From NCBI RefSeq assembly GCF_963921235.1, contig NC_086097.1, positions 52,144,001 to 52,208,000 on the forward strand: a stretch of DNA of 64,000 nucleotides, given 5' to 3'. The stretch comes from Mobula hypostoma. Taxonomy: Eukaryota. Position numbers and translations under genes: made by a program. Under the pieces are notes generated by a model. That model ran no database searches. It saw only the letters and a program-made list of their open reading frames with translations, and was not told the DNA's origin. Positions 15,196 through 28,919 of this stretch are shown here, in pieces (the stretch's first letter is position 1; every line of letters starts with the position of its first letter).

Positions 15196-15864
15196 AATCT
15201 CTTAGCTGGGGGTGGAAGCTGTCAGGGATGAGGAAAAACATTGGCCTTACATGCTCACATCCCGTAAAATAATAAAACAAAACATTGAGCTCAAATTTAT
15301 TGTTAAAGAATTAGAAGTGGAGGAATTTACCAAAAGGAATTTGAGAGTACTGGATGTTTGATGGGAAAGCTAACTCTGAGTCAGGGCTCCAAGGAAGACG
15401 TTGGAGAGGGTTGTGATGTTGGAAGAAGGAAGGGGTAATGTAAACATTTAAATACAGGAATGTGTTGGGGAATGTGAGCCAAAGCAAGGCAGCAGTAGCA
15501 GTGTGGAGTGTGACCTGAGACTAATCTGTAGGTGTGAGCTGACACAAATGGAAGATGGAGTAAGAATCTTCCGCTGCAGAGGTACAAAGGGATTTCTGAG
15601 CTTCTCAGTGCTGATGGGATAAGATCCGAGGAAAGATATGTGGGTAATAAAATGAAATGGATGTACTGTTCGGCGAGCGGGAGAGGCATTCAGCCCTGAT
15701 TTAATCATCACATTCAGCTGTGTAAACTTCAGATATAGCTAAGACTAAGATTAAATTAGTAACATGGACATTAGGGACTCTGTGACCACATAATAAAACT
15801 CCAGTCTCCCCAGTGTTTATCTGAAAGAGCTTACCAACACTCCTTAAAAACAAAGAGGGAGTGA

Positions 15865-16137
<273 letters not shown>

Positions 16138-18152
16138 TGAACTTCAATTTTTTTTCTCTTTATAAATAAAGATGTGAGCCAAAACTCCAGTGTAAACTGT
16201 AGCTGGGGTAAGCTTACGAATTTGGAACATAAACAAGATTCTTCACTTTGAAACCTTTAAGTTTCATTCAAAATTCCCTTGAAATTTGGAGAAGGTTTCA
16301 ATAATCTTGTAACTGAATGCAGGTTATTTGTGAATGATATTTCACCATTTACATCCTGGAGGAGGGTCTTCAGAGACTGAAAGGAGTTATGGATTTGGGC
16401 GTAACCTGATTTGAGAAAACTGGAAAATAAAACTTATGGGGCTTATAAAGAGGATGATATTTTCTCAATCCATTCTGTAACTTGAGAAACTGACTATCAG
16501 TTGCTTGGGGTCCACCAGTGTCTCTTCCTTGGTTGTGGATTTGTTTGATGTGAGTGGGAAATAGTAAAAAAAGTACCTCCCATTATTGACCTTGTGATTA
16601 TTCTATAGAAATGTCAAGTTTGTGTGTTTTTGAGTTAAGTGCAGGATTTTTACATTCTATTGTGTTGAATTACTAGAAGCAATTCTTGGGTTTTAGGCTA
16701 CAGTGACCTAATATAGTCAAATGAATTGCAAATGGTTGATTGGGGCCTATCCTGCTAAGGAATGTGGGGAGTATTAACCTTATGCTGCCTACTAAATATC
16801 ATGTTGCCAGTGGTTCTACACAGAACATCCAAGTTATTAAGATATATCACAAACAAGAAGGGTCCTAGCATCAATCCCTGTGGTGCACCAATGCCTGCAG
16901 TCAACAAAGCATCAATCCACCATCACCCTCAGCCTCCTGTCAACATGCCCTTGTTTGGATTCAATTCATCAGTTCACCTTGGAGTAAGGTAGAAAGTTAC
17001 TGCCAGAATGGAGTTTGTATGTTTTCCCAGTGACTGCATGGATTTCCTCCCACATTCCAAAGACATATGGTTAGGGTTAGTAAGCTGTAGGCATGCTGTG
17101 TTAGCACCGGACTCGTGGTAATATTTGCCGGCTGCTGCCCAGCACAATACTTGCTGATTTGATTTGATGCAAATGATGCATTTCACTGTATGTTCCAATG
17201 TACGTGTGAGAAATAAAGCTCGTCTTTGACCCTTCTGGACCTGCGCGCCATGCAGGACCTTGTCAGTTGCCATACTGCCCTCTATTTAGATAACACCTAC
17301 CACCCTGCTTTCATCAGTCTTCATTACCAGCTCAGAAAAGCACAGTGTTATTAGTGAGGTGGGATTCTCCCTGCACAATGCCATGCTAACTTTCCCTAAT
17401 CAGCCCCGTCTTTCAAGTGTGCATAAGTACTATCCCTCAGCATTTTCTCCAGTATTTTCCCTACCACTGACAGAAGGTTCACCGGCCTTTTGTTACCTGG
17501 GTTATGCATGCTGCACTTCTTAAATAATGGTATCAGCTATCCTCCGCTCTTCTGGCACTTCACTTATGCCTAACAAAGTTGCAAAAATCTCTCTGTCAAG
17601 TCCCCAACTACCTCCCCTCTTGTTTGCCATTGCATCCTAAGATGGGTCTCATCTGGCTTTGGGGATTTAACAACCCTTACAAATTCAATGATATTTAACA
17701 TCTCCCCCTTTATAATACTGACCTTCTCCAAAGGATCAACACACCCTCCCTGAACTCACTATCTTCCATTCAGAATATAGATCTGAAATATTCAATTCGG
17801 ACCTCACGCATGTTGCCTGGTTCAATCATAGATTAAAATTTGGTCCGCTCTTCCCTTGACTACGCTCTTGCACCTGATATTATAGAATATCTTGAGATTC
17901 TCCTTAATCTACTAATCATGGGTATGTTGTGGCACCTTTCTGCCCTTTTTGTGAAGACTACTCACTTTTAGAAGCCTACACACTCAGTATTCCTCAACAG
18001 ACCCCTTTGATCCCATTTGCCATGTTTTCTTTATTTTCCTCATTAAAGCCTTTTATATTCTTCATTGTCTGAGGTTTCCTAATCCAACAGAGCTTCACCA
18101 AATGTGCTGGCCCTGTACTCTTAATAACTCTCTTTTTAATAGACTCTCACTT

Positions 18153-18409
18153 GACCCAGCTGGTGGCATAGTGGCATCAGTGCCGGACTTCGGGACGAAA
18201 GGTCCCCAGTTCAAATCCAGCCGGCTCCCCTGCACGCTTTCCATCCGTGCTGGGTTATGAGCTGGTGATCTCTTTGGAAACTCACCCAGCAGAAGGCAAT
18301 GGCAAACCACTGCTGTAACTTGCCTCGTACGCGGCTCCCCACTACGTCAGTGAGGCGTGGAGGGAAATCGTCCGCTAACCGGAAAAGCTCTGGATGTGAC
18401 GTACCTTTC
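18153..18409 (+). mobile_element. tRNA-derived SINE, full length
   Basis: A box TGGCATAGTGG (18164-18174), B box GTTCAAATCC (18209-18218), 7-bp TSD CTCACTT (18146-18152, 18410-18416); CpG-rich, so probably young. Confidence 0.8.
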
Positions 18410-18793
18410 CTCACTTATCAACTGTTGTTTTACCAAAGGTATCTGCTCCCAATCTACTCTCAACAGGTCCTCTCTAATGCCATTGATATCAGCTTTTCCT
18501 TACTTCAATACATTAATTTGAGGATCAACCATTTCCCTTTCCAAAACTACCTTGAAACTTACAGAATTATCGTCACCATTCTGAGTGCTTCCCCGTTAAG
18601 ATTTACACACCTACCCAGTTTCACTTTCCAGGGCAAGATCAAACAACGCCCCTCTGTAGTACCTCTATCAACATATTGTCTTCACAAACTCTTGATCGCA
18701 ATTTAAAAGATAAAATCTCGCGCTGCTATAACCTTGTTGAACTGTACGTTTCTGCAATTTGTTTACATACTTGTTCATCCAGTTCCCAATGAC

Positions 18794-18833
18794 TGTGTTG
18801 AGCTTTCGAGCCGAGACCCTTCATCAGGACTTT
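18794..18833 (-). mobile_element. 40-bp hammerhead-core-only Penelope-like insertion
   Basis: The minus strand reads AAAGTC-CTGATGA-A-GGGTCTCGGCTC-GAAA-GCTC-AACACA, flanked by CAATGAC (18787-18793, 18834-18840). Confidence 0.6.
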
Positions 18834-19984
18834 CAATGACCTCATGGGTCCAATTGTAACCAAGCATTCCAGTGAATGGATCATAAAGTGCTATGTTCTG
18901 TCATCAGCAGCACTAGCCCCAGCCACAGTCCAATTCTGCATCCCCCCCCCCCCCGTTCACTAAGGAACAAGAGTGATCACTTGGGATTCATACTTCGTCC
19001 TGTGTTCCACAGACATCTTTGTCCCTGGTACTGTTGCATAGCCAACAACCACATCCTCCCCTTGTACACACTGCCAGCCAGTCCTCAGCAGACCCACTGC
19101 CCAAGGATGTTAGATGCCAGCCACTGATCAACTTCCTCTCTACTGCAGGGAGCATTGTGCACAATAGCAGAAAGAAAAACAAACTGCTGGGGATCTCTGT
19201 GTCAGGCGGCGTCTACGGAGGAAAAGGACAGTTAATGTTTCTGGACAAAGACCCTGCATCAGCCCCTCAGTAATTTGTGCTTTTTCGCAAATCATGCTGA
19301 CTGTAGATTCCTGTGTCTCCCTGGGCACAATGGAGGCAGCAGCAAATAAGCAAAGGATCAAGAATCCTGCATGTCCTGGCCCCTAAGAGGGGCCATTTCA
19401 AGAAGCTTAGTGGCTTAGGATGTGGCCATTGGTAGGCTGGAAATATTCATTGTGACTATCCTTGTGTCACACCTTCCCCTCACAACATATTCTTCCCTAA
19501 TTTATGAGGTACAAATCATGTGAATGTGTGGCTGTGGCTCCCCTGTCCCATCTCTGGACAACTGCATCCAGATATTTATTTCAGACCCCCTAGAAGCTTA
19601 GCCTGGTCAGTGCAGGACAGCTTACAGGGCATCCTGCATAGAAGGCATTATCTTTATGGTAGTCAAATCCATTCAAAGATTCATGGTCCCAATCATGATG
19701 TCTTGTGTAATGGCTGATCTTGCTGTCTCGCAAGTAGCTGCCGCCCAGTGTCTCAGGGCCCAACCAGAAATCTGGACCTGCTATCGTGTGATTACAGAGT
19801 TAAATTAGGTTTACTATTACCCATTGGCTTACTAGATCCAGTGATTCAGACCTGGAGCTGGTCAGGACTATTCTCCAAGGCCACTTACTCTCTTCTCCAC
19901 GAAGGAAGCATGGATGAGCAAAAGCCAATGGAAGACAGGTGATTAGCTGAATGGCACTTGGGATGAATTAATTCCAAGTGTTTA

Positions 19985-21100
19985 TAGAGTCATTGAAAAG
20001 TACAGCACAGAAACACTGGCCCAACTTGTCTGTGCTGAACCATTCAAACTGCCTACTCCTGTCGACCTGCACCAGCCCCATAGCCCTCTGTACCTCTATC
20101 ACCCACGTACCTTTCCAAACTTCTCTTAAACATTGAAATCAAGCTCGCATTTTGCACCACTTGTGGTGGCAGCTCATTCCATGCTCTCACAACCCTCTGA
20201 GTGAAGAAGTTTCCCTTCATGTTCCCTTTACATTTTTCACCTTTCACTCTTAAGCCATGACCTCTGGTTATAGTCCCACTCAACCTCAGTGGAAGAAGCC
20301 TGTTTGCATTTACCCTACCTATACCCCTCATACTGTTGTATACCTCAATCAAATCTCCTCCCAATATTCTACATTCCAAGGAATAAAGTCCTAACCTATT
20401 CAATCTTCCCTTATGACTGTAACACTCAGCCTTATCAATTCACGTTCGTCTAGGGGAAACTGCTGCCTGCCGGCCCAACTGTTTCTCACATTGGCGTAGA
20501 TGCTGTGTAATTCACCCCAATACAAACCCACAACGTAAAACAGCAGACAGTACACAATATGCAATTAAGTGATTACATTTTATAACTCTTATTTTGTGAT
20601 GTGGTTAGTAGAAACAAATAAAATAAATTTATTGGGTGGCGCCTTTTATCAGTTCTGTGCACAAAATAATTCACTGGAGCTCATGCTTCTCTCGTTTGTC
20701 CTTAAATGACTTCCGAACCTCCGAACTGTCGAATTCTGGTATCGGCCATCCTGGGACCGCTGAACGCTCCTGTACTTGTCCTTCCACTTCACTCGCCTCG
20801 CCGAGAAAAGACTGCAAACTCTCCCCGGTTCCCACCATACAAGATAGCATAACAGGTCCTTCGTTGGTTAGTTTCCCCATTATCTATAGTTATAACCCAA
20901 ACATCGCAGCTACAGAGAATTATTACCTCATCAGTTAACATTACAGAGAAGCCATTTCATTGTAACACTACAGAGAAGCCATTTTGTTAGCCTTAACAGT
21001 TAACATTACAGTTAATATTACTGAGAACCCTACGTAACTCGCGTCTTCCAGTCATGGCAATATCCTTGCAAATTTTATCTGTACACTTCCAACCTTATTT
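19985..21100 (-). mobile_element. CR1 3' fragment interrupted by an LTR-like insert
   Basis: ORF 20053-20403 carries RLGLYSLE...GDLIEVY...FFTQRVVRAWNELP; the CR1 sequence resumes at 21035. Confidence 0.8.
20418..21034. mobile_element. Probable solo LTR (Gypsy-like), 617 bp
   Basis: Termini TGTA...TACG (one mismatch from TGTA..TACA); imperfect 4-bp flanks TGAC/TAAC; splits a CR1 cleanly; short internal repeats ACAGAGAAGCCATTT and GTTAACATTACAG. Confidence 0.6.
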
Positions 21101-21932
21101 AATAGGTTCAGTAGGTACATTTAATGTCTGAGAAATGAATACAATATACATCCTGAAATTCTTTTTCTTCGTAAACACCCACGAAACAGAGGAGTACCCC
21201 AAAGAATGAATGACAGTTAAACGTTAGAATCCTAAAGCCCTAAAGCCCCCTCCTACAAATTACATCTTTACATCTTTTAGTAAAACTTTTTTGAAGTGTA
21301 CAAATGTATAATATGATGGTGAGGACAAAGCAAAAGAACATTGTCATTGTCAATCAACTAAGAATTACAGTGATTCCTTGATATATTTTCTTGGACAGGG
21401 TGAACACTGGGGGTCTTTTCTAGGGTACTGCTTCTATATTCCCTTTCCTCCATTTCAGTTTCCTTGTCCTTCTTGGCCTTATGTTGTTCCTTCTCGGCTG
21501 CTGACTGTGTAGGTGGATAGAGGGAAGCGAGATTGTGCAGCATGCCATGAAACAGGCCTGTCCTTTGCCAAGTAGTGCAGAGCAGCTAGACATTAGAAAC
21601 AGTTTCCAAACACCAGGTGCCTGGTAAAGTCATTCCTTGGCATATATAGATATCCCTTGTTGATCAGTAGCTATTGGTTTGGTTTGCTATAACTCTAATG
21701 CAGTTGGCTCTAACTCTATTATTAACTGTAAACCAAGAAAGATTTTAGTGTATAGCCTGGGGAAAAAAAAGCACCTGAACACAGAAACCACTAAATAATA
21801 GGGGTCTTATGCAGCTATATAATTACAAGTATCTGAAGGGTTTATAAATGATGTTTTGTGTTACTATATATTGAATCTTGCGTAACTTATTTGAAAGACC
21901 TGCAGAATAAATCACATATAACTTTGCTTTGT

Positions 21933-22833
21933 ACATAGACATAGACATACACATACACATACTTTATTGATCCCAAGGGAAACTGAGTTTTGTCACAGCT
22001 GCACCAACCAAGAATAGAGCATAAATATAGCAATACAAAAACCACAAACAATCAAACAACAATATGCAAACTATGCCAGATGGAAATAAGTCCAGGACCA
22101 GCCTATTGGCTCAGGGTGTCTGACCCTCCACGGGAGGAGCTGCAAGTTTGATGGCCACAGGCAGGAACGACCTCCAATGACGCCCAGTGTTGTTTCTCGG
22201 TGGAATATGGCCGGAGTCCAACAGCAAAGAGTTCAATATCCAGGCTACAAACACGTTCCTTGATCGTAATATGACCAGGATTGCACCATCCATTGTTAAC
22301 CAGAACAGCAAGCCCCCAACTCTTTTACGCTTACCACTCTCAGTACACTTCTGGTCAGCCTGAACGGTCTGGAAGCCCTCCATGGAAAAGTTTTGGTTGG
22401 GTATGTTCACGTGCAGTCCAAGTGGAGAACTCCTCTTCTCCATAAGTCTCTGTTGTCCCGACCCGGACCTCTTTCCTCGCCTTTTTGATCCCCCTCTGCA
22501 TCCTCTGTGTGTTTTCCTCCAGATTTCAGCAGGGGTGTCCGCCGCTCTGCTTGGTAAACCGGCCGGCATAAGCGCAATCAGCTGGTTCCTGGAATAAACA
22601 ATGCGACCATACTGCTGCCACGCTAATGCGACGTGTCCGAGTGTAACTATTTCCAGCGCTAGAAAACCAAATAAAACTCTCTCCACCAGCATGTTAGAGA
22701 GGGTGCAGCTTCAATGTATTACCGTGAAAAAAAATACAACAAATAACTTAAGTTAAAAAAAGTAAGAAGTATAAAGTAAGAAAACTAGTCGGAGCAGCTG
22801 TAACAGGCTGCATGCACGACCAGCGCATGCGCA
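21933..22833 (-). mobile_element. Internally deleted non-autonomous LINE derivative (Rex1/L2-like)
   Basis: 5' UTR, ORF start with HRGCRGG, and endonuclease remnants (LHVNIP, GFQTVQAD, ESGKRK) are fused directly to the 3' end with AATAAA and a (TATGTC/TATGTG)n tail. Confidence 0.6.
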
Positions 22834-23419
22834 CTAGTTTTGCACCCTTCATCCTCATTGGTGCCAAGTACTGTTCATTCATTCACCTCTCACCCAACTT
22901 TTCCCACCCCCCCATCTTAACACCCCCTTCATCCCCACCTTCTTCCACCTCATCCCCACAAACACTCATTGACTGCCTCAATGATCCCCCCAAAAATGGT
23001 CCTAGTTTTTTGGCCTGCTCAATAATGCTGGTTAGCAAAATGCTGGATAATAGTTTTTAATATAATTATGAAACTCGGGGATTTTAGGCTAATAAGTTTG
23101 CAATTTTGACTATTTTATGAAAGTTTTGTCTGAAAGACCTGATCCAAATAACAAATTAAGATTTTTGAACCAAATTAACTTGACAGTGGGTGTAAAATGG
23201 GTGTTCCAGAGTAGAAACAAAATGAAGCAGGAACTGGGGAGAACTAAAGTTGCATAATGAAAATATCTCTTAAGTATCAGGCCATCAGTCTATGGGCCTG
23301 AAGTGTAACTTCTTGTGCTCCCATTTACTAATACCAATGTATTCTGATATGATTCCAATACTTGCTCTTTTCATCTCAGTTTCTCTCTCAGCTTCTGGGC
23401 TCTGCTCTTAAAAGGAGGC

Positions 23420-23790
23420 ACAGTTTTATAGCTGCTAGAGCACCAGAGATCTGGGTTCAATACTGACCTTGGGTGCTTACTATGTGGAGTTTGCACTTTC
23501 TCTTAGAGACTGCGCGTGTTTACCTTAGGTTCTGCAGTTTCCTCGCACGTCCCAAAGTCATGTCGGTTGGTCGGTTGGTCAGTTAATGTCGCTTGGTCGG
23601 TTAATGTCGGTCATGTCGGTTGGTCGGTTAATTGGCTGCTTCAAGTTGCATCTTGCATGTAGGGAAGTCATAGAATCTGGGGAAAATTAGAACGGAATTG
23701 GTGTAGGAGGAGTATAAACAGGTGGTTGATGGTTACTGTGAATTTGGTAAACTGAGGAACCTCTTTCTGTGCTGTATACCTCTAAAGAAT
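23420..23790 (+). mobile_element. V-SINE-like SINE with internal GTCGGTTG tandem expansion
   Basis: B-box-like GGGTTCAATAC and core TGTGGAGTTTGCAC...GTTTCCTCGCAC; tandem repeats at about 23562-23632. Related copies lie at about 17005, 31850, 32350, 35950 and 51640. Confidence 0.65.
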
Positions 23791-24047
23791 AAGTCAAGCA
23801 ATAAATTCTAAGTAAAATGTAAGTCCTCCGTGCTTATACCTCCTTACCCATTTTTGAACTTTGTGCTTTTCATTCAAAGGGTACTGAACATGACGTGACT
23901 CATCTTGGGTGCTGAAGTTGGGTTGGGAAGTGCAGAAATTTGAGAATCATTACACAGTATAAGGGGAACCAATTGTTTCTAAGTATTTTGCTATTTGTTT
24001 GCCATTTCTCCAGAGCTCTGCCTCTCATTACATTGAAATAAGTGAAG

Positions 24048-25483
24048 ACTTTTTAAAAAAGGAGGGAGAGAGAAACTGGGGAATTATAGACCAGTTAGCC
24101 TAACGTCGGTGGTGGGGAAACTGCTGGAGCCAGTTATCAAAGATGTGATAACAGCACATTTGGAAAGCGGTGAAATCATCGGACAAAGTCAGCATGGATT
24201 TGTGAAAGGAAAATCATGTCTGACGAATCTCATAGAATTTTTTGAGGTTGTAACTAGTAGAGTGGATAGGGGAGAACCAGTGGATGTGGTATATTTGGAT
24301 TTTCAAAAGGCTTTTGACAAGGTCCCACACAGGAGATTAGTGTGCAAACTTAAAGCACACGGTATTGGGGGTAAGGTATTGATGTGGATAGAGAATTGGT
24401 TAGCAGACAGGAAGCAAAGAGTGGGAATAAACGGGACCTTTTCAGAATGGCAGGCAGTGACTAGTGGGGTACCGCAAGGCTCAGTGCTGGGACCCCAGTT
24501 GTTTACAATATATATTAATGACTTGGATGAGGGAATTAAATGCAGCATCTCCAAGTCTGCGGATGACACGAAGCTGGGCGGCAGTGTTAGCTGTGAGGAG
24601 GATGCTAAGAGGATGCAGGGTGACTTGGATAGGTTGGGTGAGTGGGCAAATTCATGGCAGATGCAATTTAATGTGGATAAATGTGAAGTTATCCACTTTG
24701 GTGGCAAGAATAGGAAAACAGATTATTATCTGAATGGTGGCCGATTAGGAAAAGGGGAGGTGCAACGAGACCTGGGTGTCATTATACACCAGTCATTGAA
24801 AGTGGGCATGCAGGTACAGCAGGTGGTGAAAAAGGTGAATGGTATGCTGGCATTTATAGCAAGAGGATTCGAGTACAGGAGCAGGGAGGTACTACTGCTG
24901 TTGTACAAGGCCTTGGTGAGACCACACCTGGAATATTGTGTGCAGTTTTGGTCCCCTAATCTGAGGAAAGACATCCTTGCCATACAGGGAGTACAAAGAA
25001 GGTTCACCAGATTGATTCCTGGGATGGCAGGACTTTCATATGAAGAAAGACTGGATGAACTAGGCTTGTACTCGTTGGAATTTAGAAGATTGAGGGGGAA
25101 TCTGATTGAAACATATAAAATCCTAAAGGGATTGGACAGGCTAGATGCAGGAAGATTGTTGCTGATGTTGGGGAAGTCCAGAATGAGGGGTCACGGTTTG
25201 AGGATAAAGGCGAAGCCTTTTAGGACTGAAATTAGGAAAAACTTCTTCACACAGAGAGTGGTGAATCTGTGGAATTCTCTGCCACAGGAAACAGTTGAGG
25301 CCAGTTCATTGGCTATATTTAAGAGGGAGTTAGATGTGGCCCTTGTGGCTAGGGGGATCAGAGGGTAGAGGGAAGGCTGGTGCAGGGTTCTGAGTTGGTT
25401 GATCAGCCATGATCATAATAAATGGCGGTGCAGGCTCGAAGGGCCGAATGGCCTACTCCTGCACCTATTTTCTATGTTTCTAT
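24048..25483 (+). mobile_element. Young 5'-truncated CR1 LINE with open RT/C-terminal ORF2 (419 aa)
   Basis: Uninterrupted ORF 24109-25368 with QHGF, YLDFQKAFDKVPH, GVPQGSVLGP and SADD (from FADD); 3' UTR and TTTCTATG tail. Confidence 0.95.
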
Positions 25484-26053
25484 AAAGAAATGGAGATACT
25501 CTGCATTTTATAGGAACTGAAAATACCACTGAGATGTCACTTTCATATTGGATATGTACATTGATGTAATCTATATCAAAGTTAACATTGACTTTTAGTA
25601 TCATTTTAGTAAAATGTGGTTTATTTCTATGGATGTAAAATGCATTCAAGGTTACAATTTACTTTGGATATTATATTCTCCCTTGAACAGCAAAGCTTTG
25701 TCAAACTATTCATGGCCTAACAGGCTCTGGTGTCTCCTGTCACTTGTAAATTGGAATACAAGTTGAGCCTGTTGAAGATGTTGAACCTGTGATGCATGAG
25801 AAGTATATTGATTCAACTCCTCGGTGCAATGAGCCTGCCTTCTGGATTTTGTACATTCAACACACACTATGTAGTGTAGAGTTTCTTGACTGTGAAAGTG
25901 TGTCTAATATTACAAAAAGACATGTACTGAACAAATATTGAGAGGCTTGCACCCTTTCTGACTTATGTGAAAAGTGCATGGATGTCTTGTGGTTGTGGCA
26001 ATTTAATCTTATGGAATATTAAGTAATAAGCTGCAAACGAAGGCTCACTCTAA

Positions 26054-26284
<231 letters not shown>

Positions 26285-28853
26285 TGAAAGCACTGACTGA
26301 AAGAATTTTCTATTTACTGAGATTTCTTTTTGTCTGACTGCTTTCATAGCCTGGGAAGGTTGCCAGTGACCAGGTTAGTGGAATGGTTACCTGCAGCCAT
26401 ATTGGCATGGTCAACTATAGTTTGGGGAAATCGGCCTAGGAAAATGATGAGGCCACACATGATATTTTAGAGAAGAAAGAACTGCCGGAACTCTGGTTCA
26501 AATGTGTTTCATGACCTTATAACAAGTGTTTGAGGGTTGGGGCTGGTTAGCTGAGTTTTCAGCCAGAAGATGAAGGCTCAGAGAGCGAGCACCATTACTA
26601 CAAACAGTAATCATGTGATCCAGAAGAGTCAGCTCACATCTCTAGTCCATGGCTTTCTTCCTTATTGTTTTTTGCATGCCAAATTAGCAGTGAATGTACA
26701 GCATGGTTCCTGTACAAACAGAAGACATTTGCCAACTCAAATCAGCTCCTTCAGACTGTGGTTTACCTATCACCCATGTGAATCTTTATTCTCACCATCC
26801 ATTCTATTAGTTCTGAGTGAAGTGCATGAGAAAAGACGTTCCTGGCCCATGGCTTTGACTGAAAGAAGTCAAATAACGGTGGGGCTCTTGCGCGACCCTT
26901 GCTCTTTTTCAAAATGCTTAAGGACAGATTAATTTTCAGTAACATAATTTCAGTGTTTGATTCAGTACCAGATTGATTTCTGCAATGGCAGTTTTATCTA
27001 ATGAGAAATTAGGCTGGAGTTCTCTGCTTTTAGAAGTATGAAATGTGATTTCATTGTGATGTGCACAATTCTTAAAGTTTGACAGCGCAGATGCAAATTA
27101 TGTGTTTTTCTTGTTGTGGTGTCTGAACCAGGGAAGCAGTTTCAAAGCAAGGGGTCAGCCGCAGTGGACACAGACGAGAAGAAATTTCTTCACCTGGTGG
27201 ATAGAGAATCTTTGGAATTCTCTGCCCAAGCAGGTTGCAGAGGCTTAATCACGAGGTACATTCAGGGCAGAGGTAGATAGATTTGTAGCTATTGTGGATG
27301 GTGGCTTTGGAATATCAAGAGCTGCAACCCTCACTGCAGGATACTCGGTCTCTGATCTATTCTTGTGGCTATGTGGGTGGTTCAGCTGAGTCTGTGGTCA
27401 ATAGTTATTCCCAAGCCTTGATGATGGGAACTTAATGATACTAATGGCAAGGGTAGGTGGTTGGACTTCCTCCTGTTGGAGATGTAATTGTCTGGCACTT
27501 TTGTGATGTGTGTACTTGCATTTATTGGACCATGTCCGATTATTGTCTAGATGTTTCTTACGGTAGGAGCATCTTTTTTTCCTTATCAAATAAAGCACCG
27601 TGGTTTGTTCCGAGTTCACGAGGTGTTTTTGGAGATTATTGAATCTTGTACGGCCATTATTGTATATCTATATTTCTGACCTTAAGATGAAAGGAAGAGG
27701 TTGATTTGGTCTTGAGGAACAAGAAATGATAACCAGGGTTGGGATGGTGGACTTTCAACAACCTCAACTCTCTTCCCTGTGCAAGGTATGACTCCAACTG
27801 TTGGAGTACTTTCCCTCTGATGCCCATTGACCTTAATTTTCCCAGGGCTCTTGAAGCCACACTGAGTCACATACTTCTTTACTTGTGTGGGGAAGTCATT
27901 CTATCCTTACCTCAGAATTCAGGTATTAGGTTCATGAATTTGCAGCCGTTTCTAGAAAGGATTTGCTGTAAATTAAGTTGGTCGTGGACTTGTTTCTGTG
28001 AATGCTGCTGTCATTGTTAATCTACTCGCAGGTTTGTAAATTAATGTCACAACCATCTTCTGAGAGTTACTGGGAATACCACCCACCATGTTGCCACACT
28101 CAGGATGACAGTATTGGTAACTTCATCACTGGCACACCACCAGTTCCCCTGTAATTGCCTGTTAACAAGCAGCATGGCACTCCCTATGCAAAATATCCAC
28201 AGTTTGGATCTTCCAAGCACAGCTGGCCTTGAGGACAACCTCAAGTATCTCTGCGTTCTCCTCCACTGAAAGGTACATGGGTGATTGAAAAATGGAGGAC
28301 TATGTAGGATGGAAGGGTTAGATTGATCGTAGAGTACAGAAGGTTAAAAGATTGGCACAACATCATGAACCAAAGGGCCTGTACTGTTCAGTGAAACTCT
28401 CCCGATAAGAACATGTCATGTTCCAGCCATTGGAACAGCACTGTGCAAGGACCTAAGGTAGTATGTTGCATTGTGTTACACCACACACAACTATCGGGGT
28501 GATTCTGCCCAGATCATCTCACACCCATAGCACTGACTGGCAACTGGGCCTCGCTTATTCATGCAACAGGTTTAAATGAATGGCCATTGATCAAAATATG
28601 TGGCCTGAGCTGGTGTGTTGTCATAGCTCGCGACTCTTGTGTGGCAGAATTGGAGACATCTGAAGCGTATTAGGAAATATGGTAGTGGCACTTGTTCATT
28701 TGAATTAGCACTATTAGAAGGTATTGTAGCAATGTCCACTTTGTCTCTTGGCGCAGCCAAAAGCTAATGAAACACCCTTTCACTGTCATAATAACTCTGA
28801 ACTTTGCAGCACAGGAATGTAACCTGATTTTACTTGTGTTTTTTTATGTTTAG

Positions 28854-28919
28854 GATAAAAGAGAGATTGAGGCCTCACTGATGCTGGGCTTGACTCTTCA
28901 AGGACTTCAGATATTTCAG
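28854..28919 (+). CDS. FRMD6: FRMD6 coding exon (FERM F3 lobe): DKREIEASLMLGLTLQGLQIFQ
   Basis: Acceptor ttttatgtttag|, donor CAG|gtgaga; 66 nt, phase 0 to 0; absent from the ORF track. Confidence 0.94.

Noticed and set aside
18153..18230. tRNA gene
   Set aside because: It has A and B boxes but no convincing cloverleaf, continues into a SINE body and is flanked by a TSD.
23562..23632. CRISPR-like or functional repeat array
   Set aside because: This is irregular slippage of GTCGGTTG within a SINE, with no spacers, in a eukaryotic context.
24109..25368. 419-aa ORF as a host gene or domesticated RT
   Set aside because: It is a 5'-truncated CR1 ORF2 with its own UTR and tail, a near-identical paralog at 32929, and FADD changed to SADD. 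Youth explains the open frame.
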